64,000 nucleotides of DNA from a virus (IMGVR_UViG_3300043960_000133:25205-89204); one strand, 5' to 3'; shown: positions 26,451-36,363, numbered from the stretch's first letter. Program-made: numbers and translations. The notes: a model not told the origin generated them from the sequence alone.

Positions 26451-26780
26451 ATGACAAACATCTACACGCTCCGCAACCATTTCGAACTCCATGAATACCA
26501 GACAGCCATCACCAGAGCTGACTTTGAAGCCCATTTCAAGGCCACGAAGGAAAAGGTGACCTTCACCTTCAACGGCTGGGACGGCAAGAGCTACGATGGC
26601 GAAAGCCGCACGGCACGGGTCTATCGGACAGATGTAAAAGGCTATGAAAACGCCCGGTTCATCAAAGTCGGAAAGGGACTGCACTATATCGAAGAAAACA
26701 GCCGAATCCTTGAAAAGGCAACGGGAGAATACCATGTCAGAGCCGAATGGCTGGTCGATGTCTTAAAGGGCATAAAATAA
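26451..26780 (+). CDS. Hypothetical protein (109 aa)
   Basis: ATG after cassette RBS GAGGAA. Confidence 0.7.
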   Translation: MTNIYTLRNHFELHEYQTAITRADFEAHFKATKEKVTFTFNGWDGKSYDGESRTARVYRTDVKGYENARFIKVGKGLHYIEENSRILEKATGEYHVRAEWLVDVLKGIK

Positions 26781-26935
26781 GGAATGTTTGAAGACGGGGT
26801 CGTAAGGCCCTGTTCTCTATTATGAATAAATATCCGAAAAATGACTTGCTATTATGTGCGTTTAGAGTGATATATATACACGACGAAGGGGACAAGCCCC
26901 AAAGACAAAAGGCACATGAAAGCGAGGAACACACC

Positions 26936-27202
26936 ATGAAAACCACAACAAACACCTACAGACTTCCACAAACGACAACACCGGAACAGCTCGAAATGAA
27001 CGGAATCCGTATTTTGAACTTTGGCGACCAGGTTCTCCTGGCCGGCCATTACTTCAGCAAGGGCAGGGATTACTGGTACGGAGCAGCCTATACATTCACG
27101 ACTAAGGACCATACCTGCGAAGGAGAAATCAGACTGACGGCAGTCAGCGACAAACTTTTTGAAGACGATGGCCACGCTATCGAGTGGCCCATGAAACACT
27201 GA
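26936..27202 (+). CDS. Hypothetical protein (88 aa)
   Basis: ATG after cassette RBS GAGGAA. Confidence 0.7.
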   Translation: MKTTTNTYRLPQTTTPEQLEMNGIRILNFGDQVLLAGHYFSKGRDYWYGAAYTFTTKDHTCEGEIRLTAVSDKLFEDDGHAIEWPMKH

Positions 27203-27223
27203 AACTGAACACGAAACCAACAG

Positions 27224-27248
27224 GGGACCGCACAGCGGTTCCTTTTTT
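27224..27248 (+). terminator. Intrinsic terminator closing the cassette array
   Basis: GGGACCGC-ACA-GCGGTTCC + TTTTTT. Confidence 0.7.
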
Positions 27249-27280
27249 GATACATTTTTTTTTGAAGGAGGTGAACGGCC

Positions 27281-27751
27281 ATGGCTATTCGCGGAAGGAA
27301 ACCGAAACCCACAGCGCTCAAAGTGCTGGAAGGCAATCCAGGCCATCGGCCGCTCAACAAGAAAGAACCCCTGCCCAAAGGCAGGCTGCCGCGCTGTCCG
27401 GACTGGCTGGAAGATGACGCCAAGAAAGAGTGGAAACGGCTCGGCAAAGTGCTGGCGGAAATGGGGATGCTGACCAATCTGGACATGATGGCTTTTGCCG
27501 GCTACTGCCAGGCCTACGCCCGGTGGAAAGGGGCCGAGGAATTCATCACTCAGCACGGGGATATGGTACGGACGCCGAACGGCTACCTGCAGCAGGTGCC
27601 GCAGGTGTCCATCGCCCAGACGAACCTGAAAATCATGCTGAAGTTCTGCGAGCAGTTCGGCCTGACGCCGTCCGCCCGGAGCCGCATGGTCGGAGAAGAA
27701 AATGGGGCGGAAAAAGAAATGGATGAAATGGAATTGCTGTTAAGAGGGTGA
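27281..27751 (+). CDS. terS: Terminase small subunit (P27 family)
   Basis: RGRKPKPTALKVLEGNPG N-terminus; FGLTPSARSR. Confidence 0.92.
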   Translation: MAIRGRKPKPTALKVLEGNPGHRPLNKKEPLPKGRLPRCPDWLEDDAKKEWKRLGKVLAEMGMLTNLDMMAFAGYCQAYARWKGAEEFITQHGDMVRTPNGYLQQVPQVSIAQTNLKIMLKFCEQFGLTPSARSRMVGEENGAEKEMDEMELLLRG

Positions 27752-29349
27752 CGAATTTGGCATTTGTATATAAACCGTCAGCATTCATGCTGCCGACATC
27801 CCATTACGACAAGGACAAGGCCGACCGGGCGGTCGCCTTCATAGAGAACCTGTGCCACACAAAAGGGAAATGGGCGGGGAAGCCGTTCCTGCTCCTTCCC
27901 TGGCAGGAACAGATTGTCCGTGACCTGTTCGGCATCGTAAAGGAAGACGGAAACAGACAGTTTCTGACGGCTTATATTGAGATAGGAAAGAAGAACGGGA
28001 AGAGCGAACTGGCGGCAGCTGTTGCTCTGTATCTTCTGTACGCTGATAACGAACCGAGCGCGGAAGTCTATGGCGCGGCCTGTGACCGCAATCAGGCGTC
28101 CATCGTGTTCGATGTGGCAAAGCAGATGGTGGAGATGAGTCCGGCTCTTCTGCGCCGTTCCAAGATACGGTCGGCAGGCAAGCGGATCATCAACTACAGA
28201 AACGCCGGGTTCTACCAGGTGCTTTCAGCGGAGACTGGCACGAAACACGGCCTGAATGTGTCCGGACTGATTTTTGATGAAATCCACGCCCAGCCGAACC
28301 GGAAACTCTACGATGTCCTGACCAAAGGCTCTGGGGACGCCCGTGAACAACCACTCTTTTTCATCATTACCACGGCTGGCAACGACAAGAACAGCATCTG
28401 CTACGAACTGCATACCAAAGCACTCGACATTATGCACGGCAGGAAGAAGGACTATACCTTTTATCCTGTTGTGTATGGCCTGGAAGAAGGCGAAGACTGG
28501 ACGGACGAAGCCAACTGGTATAAGGCGAACCCGTCTCTCGGTTACACCATTAACATCGAGCGTGTCCGGGAAGCATACCGGAACGCCATCGAAAACCCTG
28601 CCGAGGAAAATGTGTTCAAGCAGTTGCGCCTGAATATCTGGACTTCGGCCAGTATCCGCTGGATTCCGGAGCAGGTCTACGACAAAGGCAATCTTCCTAT
28701 CAATCGGGAGTCTTTACGCGGACGGATGTGTTACGGCGGATTGGATTTGTCTAGTACCTCGGATATTACGGCCCTGGTTCTGGCTTTTCCGCCCCGGACG
28801 GAAGATGAGAAATATATACTTCTGCCGTTTTTCTGGCTGCCGGAAGACACATTGGAACTTAGATGCCGGCGTGACCATGTGCTTTATGATGTCTGGCAGA
28901 AACAGGGATTCATTCAGACGACCGAAGGAAACGTTATCCACTACGGCTTTATCGAAAAATTCATCGAACGGCTTGGCGAAACCTACAACATCCGGGAAAT
29001 CGCCTATGACCGGTGGAATGCTACGCAGATGGTGCAGAATCTCGAAGACATGGGCTTCACCATGGTTCCTTTTGGCCAGGGCTTCAAGGACATGTCGCCG
29101 CCTTCCAAGGAACTGTTCAAGCTCCTGATGGAGGGGAATATCATTCATGGTGGCAACCCTGTCCTCAAATGGATGGCAGGAAACGTGGTCATGCGGCAGG
29201 ACCCGGCGGGGAACATCAAGCCGGATAAAGAAAAATCCGTCGAAAAAATCGACGGAATCGTAGCGTCCATCATGGCGCTGGACCGCTGTATCCGTAACGG
29301 GACAGGCAGCGGCAGTGTCTATGATGAACGAGGTGTTATAGCTTTTTGA
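27748..29349 (+). CDS. terL: Terminase large subunit (phage 2)
   Basis: KKNGKSEL, LIFDEIH, GGLDLSSTSD, KIDGIVA motifs. Confidence 0.95.
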   Translation: MTNLAFVYKPSAFMLPTSHYDKDKADRAVAFIENLCHTKGKWAGKPFLLLPWQEQIVRDLFGIVKEDGNRQFLTAYIEIGKKNGKSELAAAVALYLLYADNEPSAEVYGAACDRNQASIVFDVAKQMVEMSPALLRRSKIRSAGKRIINYRNAGFYQVLSAETGTKHGLNVSGLIFDEIHAQPNRKLYDVLTKGSGDAREQPLFFIITTAGNDKNSICYELHTKALDIMHGRKKDYTFYPVVYGLEEGEDWTDEANWYKANPSLGYTINIERVREAYRNAIENPAEENVFKQLRLNIWTSASIRWIPEQVYDKGNLPINRESLRGRMCYGGLDLSSTSDITALVLAFPPRTEDEKYILLPFFWLPEDTLELRCRRDHVLYDVWQKQGFIQTTEGNVIHYGFIEKFIERLGETYNIREIAYDRWNATQMVQNLEDMGFTMVPFGQGFKDMSPPSKELFKLLMEGNIIHGGNPVLKWMAGNVVMRQDPAGNIKPDKEKSVEKIDGIVASIMALDRCIRNGTGSGSVYDERGVIAF

Positions 29350-29355
29350 TTTTTG

Positions 29356-29634
29356 TTAACCAGCTACAGCAACCTGGAGTTTCAGGTCGAGGGCTTGCAT
29401 GAGCTTGACGAGTGTATCGAGTTTTGGCGTTGTTTTCAGCGTTTCGATACGGGCTATCGAGGATTGGGGGATGCCGCACCGTTCTGCAAGGGTGCGCTGG
29501 CTGATGCCAAGCTCCTGCCTCCGCCGGATGATGGAAGAAACAATATTGCTCACTTCTTCGATTTCTTCCATATTGCGGCGTTCTTCTTCACTGATTGCTT
29601 TTACATGATTTTTATAGTCTTCCCAAGTTCTCAT
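29356..29634 (-). CDS. XRE-family HTH antitoxin (HigA-like)
   Basis: RRQELGISQRTLAERCGIPQSSIARIE; downstream of the toxin gene. Confidence 0.8.
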   Translation of the reverse strand: MRTWEDYKNHVKAISEEERRNMEEIEEVSNIVSSIIRRRQELGISQRTLAERCGIPQSSIARIETLKTTPKLDTLVKLMQALDLKLQVAVAG

Positions 29635-29999
29635 TGTTCTCCCTCCTTCTGACGGATGTAATCATCACGTTCTGCCTTAGCACGGGTGATTTCCCGTTTT
29701 GGTGTTTTCTGTGATTTTTTTCGGAAATGATGGAGCAGTACATACTGGCTCTCATCATAGTAGAAATAAAAGACCCGGTTATTTCCTGGACGCAGTTCCC
29801 ATATATCTTCTTCTAGGTGTTTTGTGATGTTGACTGGCAGATTGGTACCGTTTTTAGCGAGCAGGTCGATGTAGAAAAGAATCTGGTTGTACTGGATACG
29901 GGCATCTTTACTGGTTTTGCTTTTCACCCGCAAGGTTTCCAAAAAATCCCAGACTTCTGATTCACCACGCTGGTTCTCATAAAATTCAATCTTGTACAT
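29631..29999 (-). CDS. RelE/HigB-family toxin (Gp49-like)
   Basis: IWELRPGNNRVFYF...LLHHFRKKSQKTPKREI. Confidence 0.8.
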   Translation of the reverse strand: MYKIEFYENQRGESEVWDFLETLRVKSKTSKDARIQYNQILFYIDLLAKNGTNLPVNITKHLEEDIWELRPGNNRVFYFYYDESQYVLLHHFRKKSQKTPKREITRAKAERDDYIRQKEGEQ

Positions 30000-30111
30000 C
30001 CTAATCTCCTTTGTGTTCCTATTTAAATGATAGCATAGATGCTATCAAAAGGCAAGAGAGGCAAAGACGCATTGATTCATCATACTTTTGATTTTATTTC
30101 AGGAGGTTTCT

Positions 30112-30882
30112 ATGCATATTCCATTCTTATCCCAATTCTTCAAATCAAGGGACAAGCCTCAGAACTATTACATCGGTACAGACTTCCGTTACCTGTTCGG
30201 CCCGTCTACGAGCGGCAAGACGGTGAACGAGTTCACGGCTATGCAGACTACAGCTGTATATGCCTGCGTCCGCATCCTGGCGGAAACTTTGGCCGCCCTG
30301 CCGCTTCAGATGTACCGTTACACGCCGGGCGGCAAGGAACGGGTCTACGACCACCCGCTGTACCATTTGCTCCATGACGAGCCGAACCCGGAGATGACAT
30401 CATTCATCTTCCGGGAAACGCTCATGAGCCACCTGCTCATCTGGGGCAATGCCTACGCGCAGATTATCCGCGACCGTCTGGGTCGGGTACAGGGACTCTA
30501 TCCCTTGCGGCCGGACAAGATGAGTGTGTGCCGGGATGACCGGGGCCGGATTTTTTATCTGTACACCAAGACCAGCGATGAGAATCCGAACATCAAACCG
30601 TATGGGCAGGTGGCTCTGCCCAAGGAAGAAGTATTGCATATTCCCGGTCTTGGTTTTGATGGCCTGGTCGGGTATTCTCCTATCGCCATGGCCCGCAATG
30701 CCGTGGGTATGACCATGGCCTGCGAGGAATATGGTGCGTCATTCTTTGCCAACGGGGCCAGTCCCAGCGGGGTACTGGAACACCCCGGCGTCCTGAAAGA
30801 CCCGGCTAAGGTACGGGATTCGTGGAATGCCGTTTATCGTGGCAGTGGCAATGCCCATAAGGTGGCCGTACTTGAGGAAGGC
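30112..30882 (+). CDS. Portal protein, exon 1
   Basis: RBS AGGAGG; HLLIWGNAYAQI, GLGFDGLVGYSPI; ends ...VLEEG at the intron GTGCG. Confidence 0.9.
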
Positions 30883-33342
30883 GTGCGCCCAGATGGGCGT
30901 CATTGATAGTAGTGTTTGGTACTACCACCCACAATCATGGGTGAGTTGACCTGTCTTACCGCAAAGTGAAAGCTGATACGGGAACATAGCACGACAGGGA
31001 AGCGGTAAGTTACTCAAAGGCTAAAGGGTACGACTGAACCGCCACAACAATCGGATATGAGGTTTAAGGTATCTACTGAACGTGAGACTTGAGTGTCCAT
31101 TTCCGAGGGGAATTGGGAAATTAGCCTGTTACCCATTCCGTGACTGACTGTCTTTACATCCTTCAAAGGCGGCATGATTGCGAATGTCACGGCACGAGCA
31201 GGAGAACCTGTGTTAAAGAGTCTAAAGCGGAACCGATAATTCGAGCATACCAAGCAATGACGCTAACTGGGGATACCCTAAAGGCGGATGCCGAAAGGCT
31301 ATAGTCTATAGGACTTGAATACCGCCCATGGGTACGGAGCGTTCGTAGTAGTCCGAGAGAGTTAATAGCTCTTACATGGCGAAGGAACGCAGCTTATGCA
31401 ACTCTAAAAGGAAAGGTGAAAGGGAGGAGAAACCTCAATGAAACCAACATCTGAAATTTTAGAACGAATGTACAGAAATTCTGAAGAGCATTCAGACGGT
31501 ATCTACACGCGGCTCTATAGGTATCTTTTGCGAGAGGATATTTACATGACCGCATACAAGAACCTTTACGCAAACAAGGGCGCAGGAACTGAGGGTGTGG
31601 ACAATGATACGGCTGACGGTTTTGGAAAGGAATATGTGAATCAGATTATTGATGAACTGAAAAACCAAACCTATGAGCCAAAAGCGGTAAAACGTGTCTA
31701 CATTCCTAAGCGCAACGGAAAAATGCGTCCATTAGGTATTCCGTCATTCAGAGACAAACTGATACAGGATGCGATACGGCAGATACTTGAAGTAATCTAT
31801 GAGCCTGTTTTCAGTACTCATTCGCACGGATTCAGACCGAATAGAAGCTGTCACTCAGCGCTGAAAGAAATCAGCCGTTCTTTCCGCAGTACGAAATGGT
31901 TTGTCGAGGGAGACATTAAGGGATGCTTTGACAACATTGACCACACGGTTCTGCTGAATCTGCTTTCTGAGAAGATTAAGGACAGCAAGTTCATAAATCT
32001 GATAGGAAAGTTTCTGAAAGCGGGCTACATGGAAAATTGGGAGTACCACAAGACATACAGCGGAACTCCGCAGGGCGGCATTCTTTCCCCGATTCTTGCA
32101 AATATATATCTGCATGAGTTGGACAAGAAAGTAGAAGCCATGCAGAAAGAATTTAATGCGCCTGCTGATTATGCCTATACACCTGCATACGGCAAAAAGG
32201 TGAGAGGAATTGTCAAATTGCAAAAGCGTTACGGCGAATGCGTTGATGAAGCGGAAAAGAAAGAACTGTTAAAACAGATTCATAAGCTTGAAGTGGAAAA
32301 GCGCAGATTGCCATACAAGGACGCTTCCGACAAGAAAATCGCCTATGTACGCTATGCTGATGATTTTATTATCGGTGTCAGCGGAAGCCGTGAGGATGCG
32401 GAGCGTATAAAGCAGGAGCTTACGTTGTTTGTGGCAACAAGATTAAAACTGGAATTGTCTGACGAGAAAACAAAAATCACGCACAGTTCCGGCAATGCTC
32501 ATTTTCTCGGATATGACATCAACGTGCGCAGATGTCAGGAATCCAAAAGGAAAACCAATGGGGTTTTACAGCGGACGCTTAATAACTCTGTGGAATTGCT
32601 TATTCCCATGGAGCGGATTGAGAAGTTCATGTACGACCGTGAGATTGTCATTCAAGGTAAGGACGGCAAACTCATCCCATGGCAAAGAAACTCAATGGCG
32701 GGTCTTACTGACCTTGAAATTGTAGATACCTATAACTCGCAGACTCGTGGAATCTGTAATTATTACTGCCTAGCCAGTAATTTCTCAAAGCTGACGTATT
32801 TCGTTTATCTGATGGAATACAGCTGTCTGAAAACACTTGCTAAGAAGCATAAAACCAGAATATCAGGCATAAAGAGGATATTCAAGTGCGGAAAGTCGTG
32901 GGGCATTCCTTATAAAACGAAGAAAGAGAAAAAGCGCATGATGATTGTGAAATTCTCGGACTTCAAACGAGGAACTGTCTTTGACGAACCAAGCATTGAT
33001 ACGGTGAAGAACCATATCCATTTCAACACAAGAAATTCTCTTGAAGCCAGGTTGAAGGCTTGTAAATGTGAATTATGCGGTGCGGAAGGTGATGGCATTG
33101 CTTTTGAAATTCATCACATCAACAAGATGAAAAACCTCAAAGGTAAGGAGCAATGGGAAATGGCGATGATTGCAAGAAAGCGGAAAACACTTGTTGTTTG
33201 TAAAGAATGCCATAAGAAAATCCATCATTCGTCATAGTGTAAATGGAAAGCCGTGTACATCGAGAGGTGTAAGCACGGTTTGGGGAGAGGCTTGTGCAAA
33301 CCGACATTGGAAACAATGCACGGCGGCACTTGCCTACTCTAC
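30883..33342 (+). mobile_element. Group II intron (IIA, Ll.LtrB-like), 2460 nt
   Basis: 5' GTGCG; domain V AAGCCGTGTACATCGAGAGGTGTAAGCACGGTTT (33248-33281); domain VI ending CCTACTCTAC; removal restores portal EEG|MKYQQIG in frame. Confidence 0.95.
31438..33237 (+). CDS. ltrA: Intron-encoded RT/maturase/HNH endonuclease
   Basis: MKPTSEILERM...TRLYRYLLR N-terminus like LtrA; GTPQGGILSP; YADD; C-terminal CELC...HHI...CKECH. Confidence 0.93.
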   Translation: MKPTSEILERMYRNSEEHSDGIYTRLYRYLLREDIYMTAYKNLYANKGAGTEGVDNDTADGFGKEYVNQIIDELKNQTYEPKAVKRVYIPKRNGKMRPLGIPSFRDKLIQDAIRQILEVIYEPVFSTHSHGFRPNRSCHSALKEISRSFRSTKWFVEGDIKGCFDNIDHTVLLNLLSEKIKDSKFINLIGKFLKAGYMENWEYHKTYSGTPQGGILSPILANIYLHELDKKVEAMQKEFNAPADYAYTPAYGKKVRGIVKLQKRYGECVDEAEKKELLKQIHKLEVEKRRLPYKDASDKKIAYVRYADDFIIGVSGSREDAERIKQELTLFVATRLKLELSDEKTKITHSSGNAHFLGYDINVRRCQESKRKTNGVLQRTLNNSVELLIPMERIEKFMYDREIVIQGKDGKLIPWQRNSMAGLTDLEIVDTYNSQTRGICNYYCLASNFSKLTYFVYLMEYSCLKTLAKKHKTRISGIKRIFKCGKSWGIPYKTKKEKKRMMIVKFSDFKRGTVFDEPSIDTVKNHIHFNTRNSLEARLKACKCELCGAEGDGIAFEIHHINKMKNLKGKEQWEMAMIARKRKTLVVCKECHKKIHHSS

Positions 33343-33828
33343 ATGAAATACCAGCAGATCGGCATCCCGCCGGAAGAGGCACAGTTCCTGGAAACACGGA
33401 AGTTCCAGCTGGATGAGATTGCCAGACTGTACCGCATCCCGCCGCACATGATTGGCGATTTGGAGAAAAGCTCCTTCAATAATATCGAACAGCAGTCCAT
33501 GGAATTCGTGAAATACACGCTGGATCCCTGGGTCATCCGCTGGGAGCAGGCTATGCAGAAAGCCTTGTTCTTGCCGGAAGAGAAGAAGCAGTATTTCCTG
33601 AAATTCAATGTGAACGGCCTCATGCGCGGCGACTACGAGAGCCGTATGACCGGCTATAGCATCGGCCGGCAGAACGGCTGGCTGTCCGCCAATGATATCC
33701 GGGAGATGGAAGACATGAATCCCGTGCCCGATGAGGAAGGCGGCAACCTGTACCTGGTGAACGGCAGCATGACCAAACTCAGGGACGCCGGGGCTTTTGC
33801 ACAGAAGGGAGAAACGAATGAAACATAA
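33343..33828 (+). CDS. Portal protein, exon 2
   Basis: MKYQQIGIPPEEAQFLETRKFQLDEIARLYRIPPHMIG; spliced product about 418 aa. Confidence 0.9.
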   Translation: MKYQQIGIPPEEAQFLETRKFQLDEIARLYRIPPHMIGDLEKSSFNNIEQQSMEFVKYTLDPWVIRWEQAMQKALFLPEEKKQYFLKFNVNGLMRGDYESRMTGYSIGRQNGWLSANDIREMEDMNPVPDEEGGNLYLVNGSMTKLRDAGAFAQKGETNET

Positions 33829-34522
33829 ATTTTGGAAGTGGGTGACCAATGTTGCCCCTGATGCCTTTGCCAGCGGACGGACGCTGTACCTGGACGGCCA
33901 GATTTCGGACGAGACCTGGTGGGGCGATGAAGTGACGCCGAAGGCTTTCAAGGATGAACTGAATGCGGGCAGCGGCGACATCACTCTCTGGATCAACAGC
34001 CCGGGCGGTGACTGTTTTGCCGCCGCTCAGATTTACAACATGCTCATGGATTATCCGGGGAACGTCACCGTCAAGATTGATGGTCTGGCGGCTTCTGCGG
34101 CTTCCGTCATCGCCATGGCCGGAACGAAGGTCTGCATGTCGCCAGTGGCCATCCTGATGATTCACAATCCGGCAACCCTGGCTTACGGAGACAAAGCCGA
34201 AATGGAAAAGACCATCGGCATGCTGAGCGAGGTCAAGGAGAGCATCATCAATGCCTATGAAATCAAGAGCGGCCTGGCCCGCACAAAGATTTCGCACATG
34301 ATGGATGATGAAACATGGCTCAATGCCCGCAAGGCCGTGGAGCTGGGCTTTGCGGATGAAATCCTTTTTGACCAGAAAGAAGGAGAGGAACAGCCAGAAG
34401 CCATGCTGTACAGCCCGGTTACGGTGACGAATTCCTTTGTACAGAAAATAAAACCGAAGAAACCTTTACAGAAAGTGCCAGCCGCTGATCTGGAAAAACG
34501 GCTGGCACTGCTCATTCATTGA
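33818..34522 (+). CDS. ClpP-type prohead protease
   Basis: WINSPGGD, DGLAASAASVI, MIHNP, ETWLNA. Confidence 0.92.
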   Translation: MKHKFWKWVTNVAPDAFASGRTLYLDGQISDETWWGDEVTPKAFKDELNAGSGDITLWINSPGGDCFAAAQIYNMLMDYPGNVTVKIDGLAASAASVIAMAGTKVCMSPVAILMIHNPATLAYGDKAEMEKTIGMLSEVKESIINAYEIKSGLARTKISHMMDDETWLNARKAVELGFADEILFDQKEGEEQPEAMLYSPVTVTNSFVQKIKPKKPLQKVPAADLEKRLALLIH

Positions 34523-34538
34523 CAGGAGGACAAATACT

Positions 34539-35729
34539 ATGGATACGATTTTAGCACTGCGTGAGAAGCGCAAGAATCTCTGGGATGCGGCGAAAGCCTT
34601 CCTGGATACGGCCCGTGATGAGAACGGCATGATTTCCGCTGAAGATGCCGTCCGTTATGACAAGATGGAAGCGGATGTAGTGAACCTGGGAAAAGAAATC
34701 GACCGTCTGGAACGTCAGCAGCGTATGGATGCCGAAATGGCAAAGCCCACGAGTGTTCCCATTACCGAGCAGCCGGGAAATCCAACATCTGAAAATGAAA
34801 AGAAAGGCCGTGCATCCATGGCCTACCAGAAAGCTTTCTGGGACAGCATCCGCCATAAGAACTTCATCGATGTACAGAATGCCCTGAGTGTGGGTACGGA
34901 TGCCGATGGCGGTTATCTGGTGCCGGATGAATTCGAGCATCAGCTCATCGACAAGCTTCAGGAAGAAAATTTCTTCCGCAGCCTGGCGACAGTCATCCAT
35001 ACCAGCGGCGACCGCAAGATTCCAGTCGTGACGGGGCATGGCGAAGCCGCCTGGATGGAAGAAAACGGCCTCTATCCGGACAGCCAGGATACCTTTGGTC
35101 AGCAGTCCATCGGGGCGTACAAGCTGGGCACGGCCATTCGTGTGTCGGAAGAACTCCTGAACGACAGCGTCTTCGACCTGGAAAGCTATATCGCCGGCGA
35201 ATTCGCCCGCCGTATCGGCACCAAGGAAGAAGAAGCCTTCCTCACGGGCGATGGAAAAAGCAAGCCGACTGGCGTATTCCCGTCCGCCGACCCTGGCGTT
35301 ACGACGAATGGGGCTTCCATCACCTTCGATGACGTCATCGACCTGTATCATTCCCTGCGCATCCCGTACCGCCGCAAGGCCGTATGGCTCCTGAATGATT
35401 CCACCATCAAGGCCCTGCGCAAGGTCAAGGACAACAACGGGAACTATATCTGGCAGCCGTCTGTGACGGCCGGCACTCCGGATACTATCCTGAACCGTCC
35501 CTGCTACAGCACATCCTTCGCCCCGGAACTGGCTGCCGGCAATCGTCCTTTGATCTTCGGCGACTTCAGCTATTACTGGATTGCTGACCGGGAATCTCGC
35601 TCCTTTAAGCGCCTCAATGAACTGTATGCTGCCAACGGCCAGATCGGCTTCCTCGCCAGCCAGCGCGTCGATGGTATGCTGATGCTGAAGGAAGCGGTCA
35701 AGGCCCTCGAAGTGAAAGCGAAGGCGTAA
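34539..35729 (+). CDS. Major capsid protein (HK97 fold)
   Basis: DADGGYLVP, VSEELLNDS, FGDFSYY, RVDG. Confidence 0.95.
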   Translation: MDTILALREKRKNLWDAAKAFLDTARDENGMISAEDAVRYDKMEADVVNLGKEIDRLERQQRMDAEMAKPTSVPITEQPGNPTSENEKKGRASMAYQKAFWDSIRHKNFIDVQNALSVGTDADGGYLVPDEFEHQLIDKLQEENFFRSLATVIHTSGDRKIPVVTGHGEAAWMEENGLYPDSQDTFGQQSIGAYKLGTAIRVSEELLNDSVFDLESYIAGEFARRIGTKEEEAFLTGDGKSKPTGVFPSADPGVTTNGASITFDDVIDLYHSLRIPYRRKAVWLLNDSTIKALRKVKDNNGNYIWQPSVTAGTPDTILNRPCYSTSFAPELAAGNRPLIFGDFSYYWIADRESRSFKRLNELYAANGQIGFLASQRVDGMLMLKEAVKALEVKAKA

Positions 35730-35732
35730 GCC

Positions 35733-36014
35733 ATGCTGGTCAGTCTGGAAGAAGCCAGGGAATATCTGCGGATTGATGAGGATGACACATCGAATGATGA
35801 CGTCATCCTGTCATCCCTGGAAACGGCCCAGGCGCTGTGCCTGGACCTGGCCCAATGCGAGGAAGCAAATGCCGAAGAGAATCCCGTCGTGTTCCATGAG
35901 GCCATTCTCTATGCTGCCGCCTTTTTATATGAGCATCGGGAAGAAGCGGATTATTCCGGTCTTCTGAAGATGTTGCGGTGGCTGCTGTTCGGTGTGCGGC
36001 GGAGCTGTTTTTGA
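35733..36014 (+). CDS. Head-tail connector (gp6-like)
   Basis: VSLEEAREYLRID...LYEHRE. Confidence 0.85.
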   Translation: MLVSLEEAREYLRIDEDDTSNDDVILSSLETAQALCLDLAQCEEANAEENPVVFHEAILYAAAFLYEHREEADYSGLLKMLRWLLFGVRRSCF

Positions 36015-36027
36015 AAGGGGGATGCCC

Positions 36028-36363
36028 ATGAAGACCGGGCTTTTGAATAAACGGATTGAGATCCTGGGGAAGCAGGCGGCAACGGATGGATACGGCTTCG
36101 ACACCCAGACCGACGTCGTGGTGTACCGCTGCTGGGCTTCCATCGAGCCGGCCCGCGGCAAAGTGTTCTATGAGATGGAACGCAAGGCAGATACGGAGTA
36201 TAGCAAAATCACCATCCGCTGGCGGCCGGGCATTACCCATGATATGAAAGTGAAGTATCAGGATCATCTGTACGACATCGACACTATCGTGGATTCGTAC
36301 ATGCGCCACGAATCCCTGGAACTGTACTGTACGGAAGAAATCAGGGGGCAGGACAATGAGTAA
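36028..36363 (+). CDS. Head closure protein (SPP1 gp16-like)
   Basis: LNKRIEI...WASIEP...ITIRW. Confidence 0.8.
   Translation: MKTGLLNKRIEILGKQAATDGYGFDTQTDVVVYRCWASIEPARGKVFYEMERKADTEYSKITIRWRPGITHDMKVKYQDHLYDIDTIVDSYMRHESLELYCTEEIRGQDNE

Larger units (their letters stand above)
23368..26935 (+). promoter_or_regulatory. Five copies of a 37-bp promoter-like motif AAA(T/C)GACTTGCTATTAT-N8-AGAG(T/G)GATATAT
   Basis: Copies at about 23368, 24310, 25996, 26353 and 26839, each in front of a different gene or gene pair; the last three extend into a shared hairpin + RBS leader. Confidence 0.85.

Noticed and set aside
23368-26935. Repeats as a CRISPR array or integron attC array
   Set aside because: Spacing is irregular (hundreds to more than 1500 bp) and holds whole genes; there are no cas genes, no integron integrase and no attC-type palindromes. 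The repeats look like promoter/RBS cassettes.
30088-30906. Portal as a truncated pseudogene
   Set aside because: The frame is restored exactly by intron removal (30882 joined to 33343).
31438-33237. RT as a DGR, retron or defence-associated RT
   Set aside because: It has LtrA-like sequence, maturase and HNH domains and complete group II intron RNA ends. I saw no template/variable repeat pair with either tail-fibre gene.
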